Positions 18,602 through 28,471 of a stretch of DNA of 52,160 nt are shown in pieces. The notes under the pieces are model-generated. The model was not told the origin of the DNA and did no database searches. It worked only from the letters and a program-made list of their open reading frames with translations. Made by a program: the position numbers and the translations under genes. Every line of letters begins with the position of its first letter. Position 1 is the stretch's first letter. The stretch is from positions 1-52,160 of the IMG/VR virus record IMGVR_UViG_3300020204_000093. The stretch is one strand, 5' to 3'. The stretch is from a virus. Its lineage: Duplodnaviria > Caudoviricetes.

Positions 18602-21600
18602 TTATAGCCACCCCCCTAATTCTTCTGTCATCAACCCTCTTAATGGTTGCCATTACAGCCTGTGCAATATCATTAGGGTTTGCATCAGTTTTAGCATTAA
18701 CAGTTAATGTGTATGTATTATTATACACTGAACCACCAGACAATTCTCCACTATTTATTTTTCTCATAGTGTCTAGTCCATATGAATCAACGGCATACTT
18801 GCTCATAATAAATTCTCCTGGAGTTAGCATTGCTGGAACAGTGTCTGTGCCTTTAGCAAATCCACCGTTCAAGAAATAAGGAATTAGTCCTCCCATAGGT
18901 CTGTAATAAGGAATTAGTCCTCCCATAGGTCTGTAAAGTGGCTTTATCATTCCGCCCTTACTCTTAAATGCAAATCTACCTGGACTAAACTTCGCATAAC
19001 TTGCTGCTTTATTTGCTGCATCAATTGCGGCTTGTGCTGCTGCGTCAGCGATTTCTTTTTGTTTGTGTTGAGCAAATAGATTTTGGTTTCTTATCCTTTG
19101 ATCATATTCTGCAATTTGTCTTGCAAGAGATGCTGCGCCAATTGCACCACTTTCCTGTGCTGCCAAAGCGCTTGGCTTCATTTGAGAAATAGCATATATA
19201 CGAGCCTCTTCAGGAGTTTTTGGAATAAACGGTTCGTCTTTTTTGCCTTCTTCTTTAGGCTTATCAACACAATTTCCATTAACAAGTACTTTGCCTTCTG
19301 GACATACTTTAGGGTCAGGGCCAGGACCAGGGCCAGGGCCAGGGCCAGGACCAGGGCCAGGTGGAACAAGTAGAGCAGGAATGATTGCATCTGTGTTTAC
19401 TTTTTGATTTCTATATGCATTTATTAATGAGTTTACGATATTAAGAGCATCCTGCATTTCTTTTACAAACTGGGCAGCACTTACTCTTGCAAGATCAACA
19501 TTGTTTTTAATTCTTTCCCATTGATTTCTTGTTTGCCCTAATACTGTGATTCCCTCAATTGCTTTTTCTAAAGCAAGTTCATTTAGTCTAAGAGTTTCTC
19601 TATTTGGTTCAAGACTCTTTGTTTCAATCTCATAAATTTCATCTTGAATTCTTTTAATTTCTTTTTCAATTTCAATTCTGCTTTTACCATCTTTTGATCT
19701 TAATTGTCCAAGTTCAAACTGTCTTGCATTTTCTAGCGCATCCTTTTGTTTAGTTACCACATCGGCTGCAGACTGTGTCCGTAGATCTTGAGCAGCACGA
19801 GCAGCAGCAGCAATATCTCCAGATGTCAGGGCTTCTGCAAGTGTTAGTTGTCCTTTTTGCTGTTGCGATATTGCAGCATTTGCTTTTTCAACTTCATCAA
19901 GAGCCTTTAGTCTTTCATCATATTTCTCATTAACTTTGTTTTCTTGGTCCTCAATTTCTTTTAGACCAACCTCTTGTATTCTAATCTGCTCTTGCTTTAT
20001 GGCAATTAGTTCTTCGGCTTTTTTAATTTCTTCTTTTAGTGGCTTATTTGCATCTTCAAAATTTAATCTTAGTTTGGTTTCTTCCACATCAAAAGCATCC
20101 ATAGCATTTCCAAAGCCTTTGCTAAATATTTCCTCCATCCCGTCAATAGTTAACTGCTTAATCTTTAATTCAGTCTTTGCAGAGTCTAGCGCTGCTTGTA
20201 ATAATGCGTGAAATGCTTCTTCATCGATTCCAGGGGTAATTAACATATTTACAAGTTCTGGATTATTTAAAAGTGCATCAATAACATCAGACTGAGAAGC
20301 ATTAGCCTTACTTGCAATCCCTGCAATATTGGCTGTAATATTTTTTAATAGTGTTGCTCTATTCTCTAATTCTTTGGTTTTATTAATAGCAGCCTCATTT
20401 GCAGCATATGCTTTTGCTGCTTTAGTTGCCTTCTTCCATGACTTTACTATTTTCTCTATTTGTTCATCAGATAGTTTTTTATTTGCAATTCCTGCTGCAA
20501 AGGTAGCATCTGCAACTGCTTCTAGCGCAACAGAACCTTCTACTCCCGCTGCCTGCAGTCTTTTAAGGGCTGTAGTCTGATCTCCTATTTGCCTTGCCAT
20601 TTTTTGTTGATTACTGACAAAATCTCCAAGCGCAACAGATTGAAGAGCATCTCCAATACTCTTTGCACCATCTTTAATCTTACTAATATTACCCTTTGCA
20701 TCAAACTCAAACAACTTACCCTTTTTTGTTTCATATTCTTTAGGATCCATACCAACTATGAGTTCAATTAGGTCTTCTCCTGCTCCTAGTTTTCTCATGT
20801 CATTTTCAATACCGCTGAAAACCCCAATAGTTTTCTTTCCACCAAACAGTTTATTTAAAGATTTAAATGACGCATCAAAACCTTCTGTAACCTTGATTTG
20901 GTTTTTACGAACATCTCTTAATTTCTTAAGAAGATCGTCTAGAGGAGAGGCCTTTACTTTTGAGCCATCTCCAGGAGTTGATCCGCCTGTTGTTGGTTTT
21001 GTATCATCTTTAGATGCTTCTGTAACTTGGAAATTTTTAGCAGTAACAAAATCAGCAAATGATTTTCCTTTGTTTGCTCCGCCTTCCTCGTTTACCCAAT
21101 TTTTATACTGCTCTTGTAAGGCTGCATCGCCTTCCATAGAAAAAAGAACTTTCATATTTTGCAAATAAACCTTTTGTTGTTCTGGTGGCAAACTATCAAA
21201 ATATTCTTGATCGGCACGGAGCGCTGCCATCTCATCTTCTCCAAGTACCTTAGTTGCAATGTCTAATGTGACCTTGCCCTTAAGAGCATCAATTTTGGCA
21301 AGATCTTTCTGTAATGCTTCACGAGCATCTTCGTTTGTGTTATAGTAATTTAATAAAACATCTTGTTCTACAACCTGACCAGATTGAGCAATTTTTTGAA
21401 ATAATTCAAGTTCTTTTGCTGCGCCTTTTGGTTTCTTTGCAGAAATGCGAGCAACAAACTCCGCAGACTGTTTTTTATCCTTAAACATTCCAACAATACC
21501 CATTGTCTGGTTTGCAAATTTTCCACCAAATTTTGTAATAATTTGAACAACCTTCTCAATAGATTCCTTATCTTTGCCAAATGTTTCAAATATTTCAATC

Positions 21601-24600
21601 ATTTGCATAGGATCTATTTGTCCACTACCCATTTCCATTTTTAGAGTATACTTCATTTCATCTGAAATTTTTGCATCATCGATTTGAGTCTTTGCCAATG
21701 GTGCAACATCTTCTAGTGCTGTTCCCTTATATTGTTTTGTTATTGCCTTGTTTGCACCAGTCATTAATGCTTTTCTAGTTGCGCCCTCTGATTCTTTAAA
21801 ATTCTTTTGAATGTCTTTTACAAGTGTAGAATTTTCCTCAAGCAATCTAACTCTATCCTTGGCATAATTTCTTGAGAGTTCATCCATTTTGTTCTGATCT
21901 CCCTTAGCCCTAGCAATATCCATTTGTTTTAGATACTCTAACTCTACAGAATCTTGCATTTCTTGTTGTTGCTGAAGAGCAATTTTTTGCATAGCAACAC
22001 TTGCTCCAGATGCCTGACCTATTCTTTTTTGTCTATCTTTTCTTCCATACAGATTTCCTGCAAAAGAGCCAATTCCAGTACCAACAACGGCTCCGATTTT
22101 TGTTCCAAGTGCTGCACCTGCAACCGTACCCGCTCCAGGAATAACAGATCCTATAAGCGCTCCAAGTCCTCCTCCAGCAATGGCTCCTCCAAGGGCTCCT
22201 GCTCCAGCCCCTGCTAATGTGTATCCGCCAGCAACACCTATATCTTTAAGGCCTCTCATACTCGCAAAAGATCCTGCCTCTTTTGCTTTATCTGTAGCGA
22301 GATTCATCTTATCTCTTGTATCTGTAAGAAGTTTTACTCTAATACCTATTGGATCTTTTAATAAATTTTCTCCGTTTGGACCAAGCAATGCTATTAAATC
22401 TGCATTTACTTTAATGCCAAATGAATAATCTCCAAGTTCTTGTGCAAGATTTGCCACAATGCTTCGTGCCTGTGCTGGGGTAAGTGCTCCAGATGCAACT
22501 GCAGTTGCCATTTGATTTGCAACTTGGCCTTGTGCCATATCTTTGCCACCCAACTTCATGCTTTGTGAAACATTTTTTAGCATGGCTTTACCTTGTTCTC
22601 CAGCCATGAATGATTGACCAAATGTTGTTTTTCCAGTTTGAATCTGAAAAGGAGAAAACCTTTCTTTTCTTTTTCTATCCATAATCTCACCAGCAGACAC
22701 AGTGTTTGCAAATTTTGATAAACCTCTTATTGCTTGAGATCCAGAACCTAATGCTTCTGTAAGTTCTATTGCAGCATCCTGTGCCCTATCAAACTGTATT
22801 TTTTGATATGCGTATGCGGCTACTACTAGACCTACACCAACAGCAAGCGCTGCAAATTTGTTTTGAAGCATTGGCAAAATCATAGCAAGACCCATTAAAG
22901 GCATCATTATTTTTTGTGAAATTTCTCCGACTTTGCCTGGCGCCATTGACCCTATCATGGCCAAACCTGCTACTCCCATAGCAGCACCGCCCATGCCCAT
23001 GCCTCCTCTAGGCTTTGGATTATTTGGGTCATCAGGCTTTGCTTTTGCTGCTTGTCTTGCTTTAAAAGATTCTAAAATTTTTGATGAGGTAGACTTCAAC
23101 TTTGATTTAACTCCCGCTGCACCCATCCCCTGTTTAATAGTTTGTGTCATATTATCAGTTACAACTTTTTGTGTAACTGCAACATCTTTAGCAATAACAT
23201 TTAATTGTTTGCCAGATTTTTTTAATGAACCTATTTTTCGTCTTAAGGATTTTTGTTCTGCATCTATTGGACCATCACCATAAAGAGCAGTTCTAGATGC
23301 TGCTGCTTTTGCTTGAGAATTTGCTTTATCGATTGCAGTTTTTACATCTTGAGAGGAAAGTGGAGCGTCTCCTTTTCCAAGAATTCTTACACCCCTTGGT
23401 CCCTGTCTAACTGATGGCGCTATTGATGCTGGGGCAATTCTTGAATCTGCTGGTCCTCCAGTAGACTTAAACTTTCTATTATTTGGCTCTGATTTTATTT
23501 CTTTAACTTTACCGTCTTTATCTTCAATAACTTCATCAGGCTTTACTAAAATAGAACTGTGCTTTTGATGTAGTGATTTCCAGTCTACCTTTAATCCTTC
23601 TCTAAGTCTGTCGAGCATAGCAACATATTGTGATTTTAGGGGATTATCTGCAGACATCTTTGCAACATATGACTCTGCATTATTTAATTGCCTTTGAATT
23701 TCTGCTTTCATTTGACGATCATATTCGGCTGGAGTCAAATTTAGAGCAATATCTTTTGTTGCATTTGCAAACCAATTTGGAGAATTCTTTGCCTGCTTCC
23801 CTGGAACACCCTTTAGATTTTCTTCTGCCATTTCAACCAAAGATGGCATTTTAGTTTCTAATGCAGCAACACCTGACGCTTTACTTAATACTCCAGCACG
23901 ACCAACATCTGTTAGGGCATTGCCACCAAGATTACCCATCTTAAGATCTTTGTCGCCACGAAGATTTGCTGCTACTAGTTGTCTAAAGTATTGTTCTTGT
24001 GTAAATGACTTAGACATTAATTCAGCATACTTGGGATCATACTTAGATTCTAAAACAATAATTTTTCTCTTACCTTGTGGATCTGTAGGATCAATCATTG
24101 TTGCTATTTTTTGTTTTGGAACATCTAGACCTTGAACTTTTCTAGCAAAATCTGTTGCTTCTTTTTCTGCAAGAGCGTTTAATTCGCTCATCATAGGCTT
24201 TACAAAAACCCTTTGACCGTTTGGTTTTTCAAAAACTCCACCAATTTCTCTTACATCAAAACTTCTTCCTGTAGTTTTTGATACTTGTTTTCCAAAATTT
24301 GTAGGCTTCTTTTGTCCAGTTTTTGTTTTTGCTGCTTCATCTGCTATAGACTTTAAGGTTGCCTCTTGACTTCTTGCTTTTTCCATATTCTCTTGAATTA
24401 GTTCTGGTGCTGTTACTGCCCCACCACTTGTAGGCTTTTGACTTATAACTGGAGTTGTTCCTGCTCCAAGTCGATTCATATTTACAACAGTGCCATCATT
24501 AAGAGTAACTGTAGAAGATTTTGTTACAACCTTGTCAGTTCTTCCTTCCCCCGTTCCAAAACCCTCTTTGATATCAAAATCTTTTATAAAACCTTTATCT

Positions 24601-27326
24601 TTTGCATTTTGAAGTATTCTTCTGCTCTCTTCTGGAGCACTTCCAAGACCCTTACCCATGTTAAATCTTGAGTCAGTTTGATAAAGTTGCTTTGCTTTTT
24701 GATACGCTTTGTCTTCAGGGTTTATATATTTTGGAACCTGAGTTTTAAAAATATCATCTACTATTCTGTCATTTATATATGGGCTAGTGCTTAACTTAAA
24801 TGAGTCTAGGAATGCTTTATCTAAGGCTGCAGCCTGTGTTGCATTCATTCCAGATGGTTTCCATTTTTCTGGACCTCTTCTTTCCCACTCATCTATAAAT
24901 TCTTGAACTGGAACACCAGTAGTAAGGCTTGGCATTGCTTTGTTCATCCACTCAGGGAAGTCAAACACTAGGCCGTGCTTAGTTGTTGTAGTAGTAGGTA
25001 TACCTTGAGATTTAAATATTTGTTCCATAGCAAGAAGTTTATTTTTTTGATCTTGCGTCATATATGGATTATTTTTTATAATATCTTGTATTGCTTTTGG
25101 AGTGCTCTTTCCTCCAACATGTGTCTTGTTTGTTACATTGTTATCTTTTTTAATTTCAGGGGTTCCATTGTTAAACCCTGGAATTGTTCCGCCTGCAACC
25201 ATGTGCCTAATGAATGGTTTGTTTGCTGGATCCTGTGCTGGTCCTGCTGGAATAACTGCCTCTCCAGGAGAAGCAAGAATTGGAACAATATCTCCTGCAC
25301 CCTTTGGTCCTGGAATGCTCGTAATACCAGTAGAATACTTTTTGCTTTGTGGCATTCTGCCTTTACCAACTGGGCCAACAAATCCTAATTGAGAAGCAAT
25401 TGCATTTTTATATGCTGCTGCTAACGCATTTACTGCTGCAGTCTCAGATGTAAATGTTTGTCTTAGTTTTTGATGAACCTGATCAAGAGATGCTGCTACG
25501 GCAGATGCTTCAAGTTGTTGCTGAGTTAAATAGTCTGTCTGATTTCCAAGTATCTGTGTTGATGCTCCAGTCCTATTAAATGCAGACTTTAAGGTTGTAA
25601 ATAACTTAATTATATTAGCAAGACCATTCATTAATAGACCAAATGACATTAGTGCTACTGGCCCAATTGCACCAAGAGCAACAGTCATTATTGTCAAAAA
25701 CTTTTTACTTCCATCTCCCAAGTTATTAAATTTTTCTAAAATTTTTCCAACAAACTCAACTACAGGGGTAAGTGCTTTTAAGAACTGCTCTCCAACTGGT
25801 GCAAGAGTTACCTTTAAATCTTCTATCGATTTCTTAAATTTATAAGTTGTTGACTCTTCTATTCTTGCCAATTCTCGCTCTGAAAGAATTGCAAGTTCTT
25901 CTGTAGTTGCTTTTGTTAGTGTTAAAACACGACTTGCCTGATTGCCTTCTCTTACAACATTTTGAAACAGAGTTGATAATCTTGAAAACTGAAACTTACC
26001 AAACAACTGTTCAATTGCACGAGCACGATTAAGAGGATCTAAGGTATCTAGGGCATGTGCAAAACTTACTACTGTTGCTGCTACATCTCCCTGATTTGCC
26101 TCAACAATTCCCTTAATGTTGATGCCCATCTCGCCAAGCATTTTGGCTGCTTTATCAGATGGATTAATCAATGATGCTAAACCAGACTTAAGTGCGTTGG
26201 CACCTTCTGATGCATTGATACCGCCTTCTTTCATGGCAGTTAGGAAGAACGCTAAGTCTTCTACATCTCCACCAAGTTGCTGTACAACTGGTCCTGCTTT
26301 AGGAATAGCGATAGTTAAATCTTCAATAGATACAACGGTTTGGTTTTCAACTGCGTTAAGGAAGTCAATCTTTTTTGCTAAATCTTCTGCTGCTACACCA
26401 AACGCATTAGTTACAGATATTGTTGTTTCCAGGGCTTGCTCTTGCTCAACACCACCAAGAACAGCAAGTCTTGTTGCTTGGGAAACCTGTGCTGTAAGGT
26501 CTGCACCCATCTTGCCCATCGCTGCAGCGTTTGCTGCCATTTCCATGGTTTTTTCTACTGCAACTCCATATTTGGTATATTCCTTGGCAAGTAGTTGAAT
26601 GTTTTTAACCATTTCATTTGTTTCTTCTTGAGTGGTAAACATTTCACCATAAACACGCTTAAATCTAATTGTTTGCTCTTCAAGTTTCATGAAAGTTTTT
26701 GCAGCGACAGACCCAAGAAGCATAAGCGGAACTGTGAAACCAACCATCAACTGACGGCCAGCCCATTGAGTATTCTTACCAAAGTTTAGAAGATTTGTTG
26801 ATCCCTGTCTTAGTAATTGATTTAAAAGTTGTTGGCGCTGTGCTGCTATTTGTGTCTGGGTTGCTAGATTTTTCATGTCCAGCGTAAGCGGTCTTACCGC
26901 AATGGCCTGAAGTGCTCCATTGGCACCACGACCCATTTTTATATATTGAGTCTGTATGTCTTTTACACGCTCTCGTGCAACTTTATTTATTGTTTCAAAT
27001 TCAGACTTAAAAAGCCTACCAAAAGTTTTAGTGGCTGCCCCAGTATATCTAAAATATTCTCTGGAGGATAGTTTATTCTTTTCTAAAGCATTAGTAAAGT
27101 GCTCTGTGCTTGTAGCAACCGTTCTCATAGTTGCTTGGAACTTGCCAGTAGCATTTATACTGTTCATCAAGTTTTGTGCTTGATTTGCTGCTACCGCTGA
27201 CGCTGCTGCGCCAGACTTTGCCATCTGTGTATGGAAGGCCGATATTTGACGCTGTAGCAGTTTTAGACTTGCTAAAGCATCTGACGTATCAATATTTACA
27301 TGAATATTGGATTGAACATCAGCCAT
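18588..27326 (-). CDS. Tape measure protein (2912 aa) with inserted globular domains
   Basis: TP901-type TMP core ('AIPKAGPVVQQLGGDVEDLAFFLTAMKEGGINASEGANALKSGLASL'), hydrophobic and glycine-zipper segments, long coiled coils; follows tail chaperones. Confidence 0.92.
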   Translation of the reverse strand: MADVQSNIHVNIDTSDALASLKLLQRQISAFHTQMAKSGAAASAVAANQAQNLMNSINATGKFQATMRTVATSTEHFTNALEKNKLSSREYFRYTGAATKTFGRLFKSEFETINKVARERVKDIQTQYIKMGRGANGALQAIAVRPLTLDMKNLATQTQIAAQRQQLLNQLLRQGSTNLLNFGKNTQWAGRQLMVGFTVPLMLLGSVAAKTFMKLEEQTIRFKRVYGEMFTTQEETNEMVKNIQLLAKEYTKYGVAVEKTMEMAANAAAMGKMGADLTAQVSQATRLAVLGGVEQEQALETTISVTNAFGVAAEDLAKKIDFLNAVENQTVVSIEDLTIAIPKAGPVVQQLGGDVEDLAFFLTAMKEGGINASEGANALKSGLASLINPSDKAAKMLGEMGINIKGIVEANQGDVAATVVSFAHALDTLDPLNRARAIEQLFGKFQFSRLSTLFQNVVREGNQASRVLTLTKATTEELAILSERELARIEESTTYKFKKSIEDLKVTLAPVGEQFLKALTPVVEFVGKILEKFNNLGDGSKKFLTIMTVALGAIGPVALMSFGLLMNGLANIIKLFTTLKSAFNRTGASTQILGNQTDYLTQQQLEASAVAASLDQVHQKLRQTFTSETAAVNALAAAYKNAIASQLGFVGPVGKGRMPQSKKYSTGITSIPGPKGAGDIVPILASPGEAVIPAGPAQDPANKPFIRHMVAGGTIPGFNNGTPEIKKDNNVTNKTHVGGKSTPKAIQDIIKNNPYMTQDQKNKLLAMEQIFKSQGIPTTTTTKHGLVFDFPEWMNKAMPSLTTGVPVQEFIDEWERRGPEKWKPSGMNATQAAALDKAFLDSFKLSTSPYINDRIVDDIFKTQVPKYINPEDKAYQKAKQLYQTDSRFNMGKGLGSAPEESRRILQNAKDKGFIKDFDIKEGFGTGEGRTDKVVTKSSTVTLNDGTVVNMNRLGAGTTPVISQKPTSGGAVTAPELIQENMEKARSQEATLKSIADEAAKTKTGQKKPTNFGKQVSKTTGRSFDVREIGGVFEKPNGQRVFVKPMMSELNALAEKEATDFARKVQGLDVPKQKIATMIDPTDPQGKRKIIVLESKYDPKYAELMSKSFTQEQYFRQLVAANLRGDKDLKMGNLGGNALTDVGRAGVLSKASGVAALETKMPSLVEMAEENLKGVPGKQAKNSPNWFANATKDIALNLTPAEYDRQMKAEIQRQLNNAESYVAKMSADNPLKSQYVAMLDRLREGLKVDWKSLHQKHSSILVKPDEVIEDKDGKVKEIKSEPNNRKFKSTGGPADSRIAPASIAPSVRQGPRGVRILGKGDAPLSSQDVKTAIDKANSQAKAAASRTALYGDGPIDAEQKSLRRKIGSLKKSGKQLNVIAKDVAVTQKVVTDNMTQTIKQGMGAAGVKSKLKSTSSKILESFKARQAAKAKPDDPNNPKPRGGMGMGGAAMGVAGLAMIGSMAPGKVGEISQKIMMPLMGLAMILPMLQNKFAALAVGVGLVVAAYAYQKIQFDRAQDAAIELTEALGSGSQAIRGLSKFANTVSAGEIMDRKRKERFSPFQIQTGKTTFGQSFMAGEQGKAMLKNVSQSMKLGGKDMAQGQVANQMATAVASGALTPAQARSIVANLAQELGDYSFGIKVNADLIALLGPNGENLLKDPIGIRVKLLTDTRDKMNLATDKAKEAGSFASMRGLKDIGVAGGYTLAGAGAGALGGAIAGGGLGALIGSVIPGAGTVAGAALGTKIGAVVGTGIGSFAGNLYGRKDRQKRIGQASGASVAMQKIALQQQQEMQDSVELEYLKQMDIARAKGDQNKMDELSRNYAKDRVRLLEENSTLVKDIQKNFKESEGATRKALMTGANKAITKQYKGTALEDVAPLAKTQIDDAKISDEMKYTLKMEMGSGQIDPMQMIEIFETFGKDKESIEKVVQIITKFGGKFANQTMGIVGMFKDKKQSAEFVARISAKKPKGAAKELELFQKIAQSGQVVEQDVLLNYYNTNEDAREALQKDLAKIDALKGKVTLDIATKVLGEDEMAALRADQEYFDSLPPEQQKVYLQNMKVLFSMEGDAALQEQYKNWVNEEGGANKGKSFADFVTAKNFQVTEASKDDTKPTTGGSTPGDGSKVKASPLDDLLKKLRDVRKNQIKVTEGFDASFKSLNKLFGGKKTIGVFSGIENDMRKLGAGEDLIELIVGMDPKEYETKKGKLFEFDAKGNISKIKDGAKSIGDALQSVALGDFVSNQQKMARQIGDQTTALKRLQAAGVEGSVALEAVADATFAAGIANKKLSDEQIEKIVKSWKKATKAAKAYAANEAAINKTKELENRATLLKNITANIAGIASKANASQSDVIDALLNNPELVNMLITPGIDEEAFHALLQAALDSAKTELKIKQLTIDGMEEIFSKGFGNAMDAFDVEETKLRLNFEDANKPLKEEIKKAEELIAIKQEQIRIQEVGLKEIEDQENKVNEKYDERLKALDEVEKANAAISQQQKGQLTLAEALTSGDIAAAARAAQDLRTQSAADVVTKQKDALENARQFELGQLRSKDGKSRIEIEKEIKRIQDEIYEIETKSLEPNRETLRLNELALEKAIEGITVLGQTRNQWERIKNNVDLARVSAAQFVKEMQDALNIVNSLINAYRNQKVNTDAIIPALLVPPGPGPGPGPGPGPGPDPKVCPEGKVLVNGNCVDKPKEEGKKDEPFIPKTPEEARIYAISQMKPSALAAQESGAIGAASLARQIAEYDQRIRNQNLFAQHKQKEIADAAAQAAIDAANKAASYAKFSPGRFAFKSKGGMIKPLYRPMGGLIPYYRPMGGLIPYFLNGGFAKGTDTVPAMLTPGEFIMSKYAVDSYGLDTMRKINSGELSGGSVYNNTYTLTVNAKTDANPNDIAQAVMATIKRVDDRRIRGVAISGRR
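18875..18936. repeat. Perfect 30-bp tandem duplication in TMP 3' end (YRPMGGLIPY x2)
   Basis: aataaggaattagtcctcccataggtctgt repeated at 18875 and 18905. Confidence 0.9.
19311..19364 (-). repeat. (Pro-Gly)7 coding repeat in TMP
   Basis: PPGPGPGPGPGPGPGPDP from cctggc/cctggt hexamers. Confidence 0.85.
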
Positions 27327-27344
27327 CCACTAACACCTCTTTAT

Positions 27345-27668
27345 TTAATTATTTACAAGATTGCCAAGTAACGCTGCATCCTGAAGTCTAATTCCAGATG
27401 CCTCTTCAACGATCTTATATACTGTAGGAAGATCTATATTTTCTTCTAGGGCTTCCTTGTCTTCCGCCAATTCTGGCTTGTATTGCTGCATTGCGATTTG
27501 TACACACTCTATAAGCAAAGTCATGGACTTTTCATTATCTTCTGCGACCTTGGCAATATCTTCAAACTTTTTCATAAACGGACGAAGTAGCGAGATCTTT
27601 AGTGGTCTTACCTTGATCTTTGTTCCATCAATGAGAGTTACTGTTTTTTCTTCTGTGGCAGTTGCCAT
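27345..27668 (-). CDS. Tail assembly chaperone, short form (gpG-like)
   Basis: Lies between major tail and TMP; own promoter and GGAGG RBS; paralogous to the N-terminal half of 27725..28405. Confidence 0.7.
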   Translation of the reverse strand: MATATEEKTVTLIDGTKIKVRPLKISLLRPFMKKFEDIAKVAEDNEKSMTLLIECVQIAMQQYKPELAEDKEALEENIDLPTVYKIVEEASGIRLQDAALLGNLVNN

Positions 27669-27695
27669 TTATTCCTCCTTATAAGGTTAAAGTTA

Positions 27696-27704
27696 ATTAT
27701 ACCA
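27696..27704 (-). promoter_or_regulatory. Extended -10 promoter (TGGTATAAT)
   Basis: Intergenic, upstream of AAGGAGG RBS. Confidence 0.6.
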
Positions 27705-27724
27705 TAGCGGAGCGTTATTTTTGG

Positions 27725-28405
27725 TTATTCAATAACCTCGTAATCAAGGCCAAAGCCGATTCCAAATCCAGCCTTTTCTGCATTTTTACCCTGTAGAGCA
27801 AGGATATCATTTCCATTTTCTGCCTTGCCTTTACTAAACACTCTAGCCTTCATATCTTCCCAAGCATTGCTATTACCTGAATTTTTATCAAGATCAACAC
27901 CCTGCATTGCAGCAGCAAACTTTTTGTCGTTATAGTCTAAATCTCTTTTAACTTTAATAGTTGTCGTTAGTTCTGGCATTGACAAAGACTCTTCAAGTTC
28001 TTCATAGTCTTTCCAAATACCTATAAGAAAAGCCTCTGCTTCTAGTTTGGCCAAGTCCAACGTCTCCCATGAAGACCCACTATCTACTGCTTGAGACTTT
28101 ACTGTGTCTTCTGATTTTTGATTAATTTTAATACCTGCTGCAATATCTATAACTTGATAAATTGTTGGCAAATCTAAATTGTCCTCAAGGTCTTCAATTG
28201 TTTTTATTTGTGGCGCATATTGTTTCATTGCTATAAGAGCACAAACTACCAGAACAGATATTGATTCATCATCTGTTTTGGTCGACTTTATTGTTTCAAA
28301 TTTTCTTAAAAATTCTCTTAAATATTTTATTTTAAGTGGGGCAGCCTCAATGACTGTTCCATCAATAAAAGAGAAATTTCTTTTTTCATATACGCTTGTT
28401 GCCAT
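27725..28405 (-). CDS. Tail assembly chaperone, long form (gpGT-like)
   Basis: N-terminal domain homologous to the 107-aa ORF, plus a C-terminal extension ('GIWKDYEELEESLSMPEL'). Confidence 0.7.
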   Translation of the reverse strand: MATSVYEKRNFSFIDGTVIEAAPLKIKYLREFLRKFETIKSTKTDDESISVLVVCALIAMKQYAPQIKTIEDLEDNLDLPTIYQVIDIAAGIKINQKSEDTVKSQAVDSGSSWETLDLAKLEAEAFLIGIWKDYEELEESLSMPELTTTIKVKRDLDYNDKKFAAAMQGVDLDKNSGNSNAWEDMKARVFSKGKAENGNDILALQGKNAEKAGFGIGFGLDYEVIE

Positions 28406-28411
28406 TATATA

Positions 28412-28420
28412 AGTATACCA
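28412..28420 (-). promoter_or_regulatory. Extended -10 promoter (TGGTATACT), leaderless
   Basis: TATACT ends 6 nt before the ATG at 28405. Confidence 0.65.
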
Positions 28421-28423
28421 AAT

Positions 28424-28454
28424 GGAAAAGCCCAGACTTTCAAGGGTCTGGGCT
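28424..28454 (-). terminator. Intrinsic terminator after major tail gene
   Basis: Minus strand AGCCCAGAC-ccttgaaa-GTCTGGGCT followed by TTT. Confidence 0.75.
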
Positions 28455-28471
28455 AGTCCTATTAAGTTGTA

